Source: a virus (Duplodnaviria; Heunggongvirae; Uroviricota; Caudoviricetes). From it: DNA of 64,000 nt. The notes beneath the pieces are model-generated. The model saw only the letters and a program-made list of their open reading frames with translations. It was not told the origin of the DNA and did not search any database. This document shows positions 63,893-64,000 of this stretch, in pieces. The position numbers were made by a program, and so were the translations under genes. Numbering within the stretch: position 1 is the first letter of the stretch; the number at the start of each line of letters is the position of its first letter. Where the stretch lies: positions 1 to 64,000 of IMG/VR virus record IMGVR_UViG_3300046787_000353, one strand, 5' to 3'.

Positions 63893-64000
63893 TCCTACTT
63901 TCTTTTCTAATAATGGGTATGTAAAGAAGTTTGTAGTTCCACCTATATCAGTTTGAGAATGTCCTAAGAATGCTTTATATGCATCCGATACAGTTACGAT

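Noticed and set aside
892-63956. All plus-strand ORFs in the supplied track (for example 892..1101, 2120..2491, 5887..6150, 24565..24933, 39311..39703, 62394..62640)
   Set aside because: Each lies entirely inside, or overlaps, a longer minus-strand gene or an RNA gene. They are low-complexity and shadow-frame-like, and no promoter motif points to them. They are treated as spurious.

Overview
This 64-kb window looks like part of a large (probably jumbo) bacteriophage infecting a Bacteroidetes host. Every convincing gene and RNA lies on the minus strand, GC content is low (roughly 35%), and genes are packed with short or overlapping junctions. Gene starts are preceded by repeated promoter motifs that match the Bacteroidetes sigma-A consensus (-33 TTTG, -7 TAnnTTTG). 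Rho-independent terminators follow several genes. The main features are listed below.
(1) A very large tRNA island at about 42.1-47.3 kb, plus outliers at 31.5 kb and 48.6 kb. It carries roughly 30 tRNA or tRNA-like genes that decode all 20 amino acids, several of them atypical or degenerate.
(2) A phage-encoded tmRNA (ssrA-like) at 51224..51629. It has the canonical 5' GGGGGUGA...UUUGACAGG start, a tag reading frame ending ...ADYAVAA-stop, and a tRNA-like 3' end GGAC-GAGGG-TGCGAAT-CCCTC-CACCTCC-ACCA.
(3) An RNA-repair and tRNA-maturation module next to the tRNA island. It comprises an Rnl2-type RNA ligase (KIHGTN motif) with an N-terminal tRNA-binding-like OB region, a minimal CCA-adding enzyme, a T4-Pnk-like P-loop kinase and a calcineurin-like metallophosphoesterase.
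(4) An NAD+/PRPP salvage block: NadV (nicotinamide phosphoribosyltransferase), a PRPP synthetase, a nucleoside 2-deoxyribosyltransferase-like protein and small HAD hydrolases.
(5) A MoxR-type AAA+ ATPase paired with a vWA (MIDAS) protein that carries an acidic low-complexity tract (CobS/CobT-like pair).
(6) Four paralogous proteins with a GT10 (alpha-1,3-fucosyltransferase)-like ENS...TEK motif.
(7) A distal block of secreted proteins and lipoproteins. It includes a 768-aa protein with a well-conserved C-type lectin domain (EPN and WND motifs) and a paralog sharing its C-terminal domain. The block also holds a secreted Serratia-type nuclease and a beta-barrel-like protein with a long low-complexity linker.
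Other calls include a 2OG-Fe(II) oxygenase, an SPFH/band-7 protein, a 3D-domain (MltA-like) protein and a cytidylyltransferase-family enzyme. No terminase, capsid or portal gene is recognisable in this window. All plus-strand ORFs in the supplied track look spurious. Coordinates for RNA genes were derived by hand and may be off by a few nucleotides.
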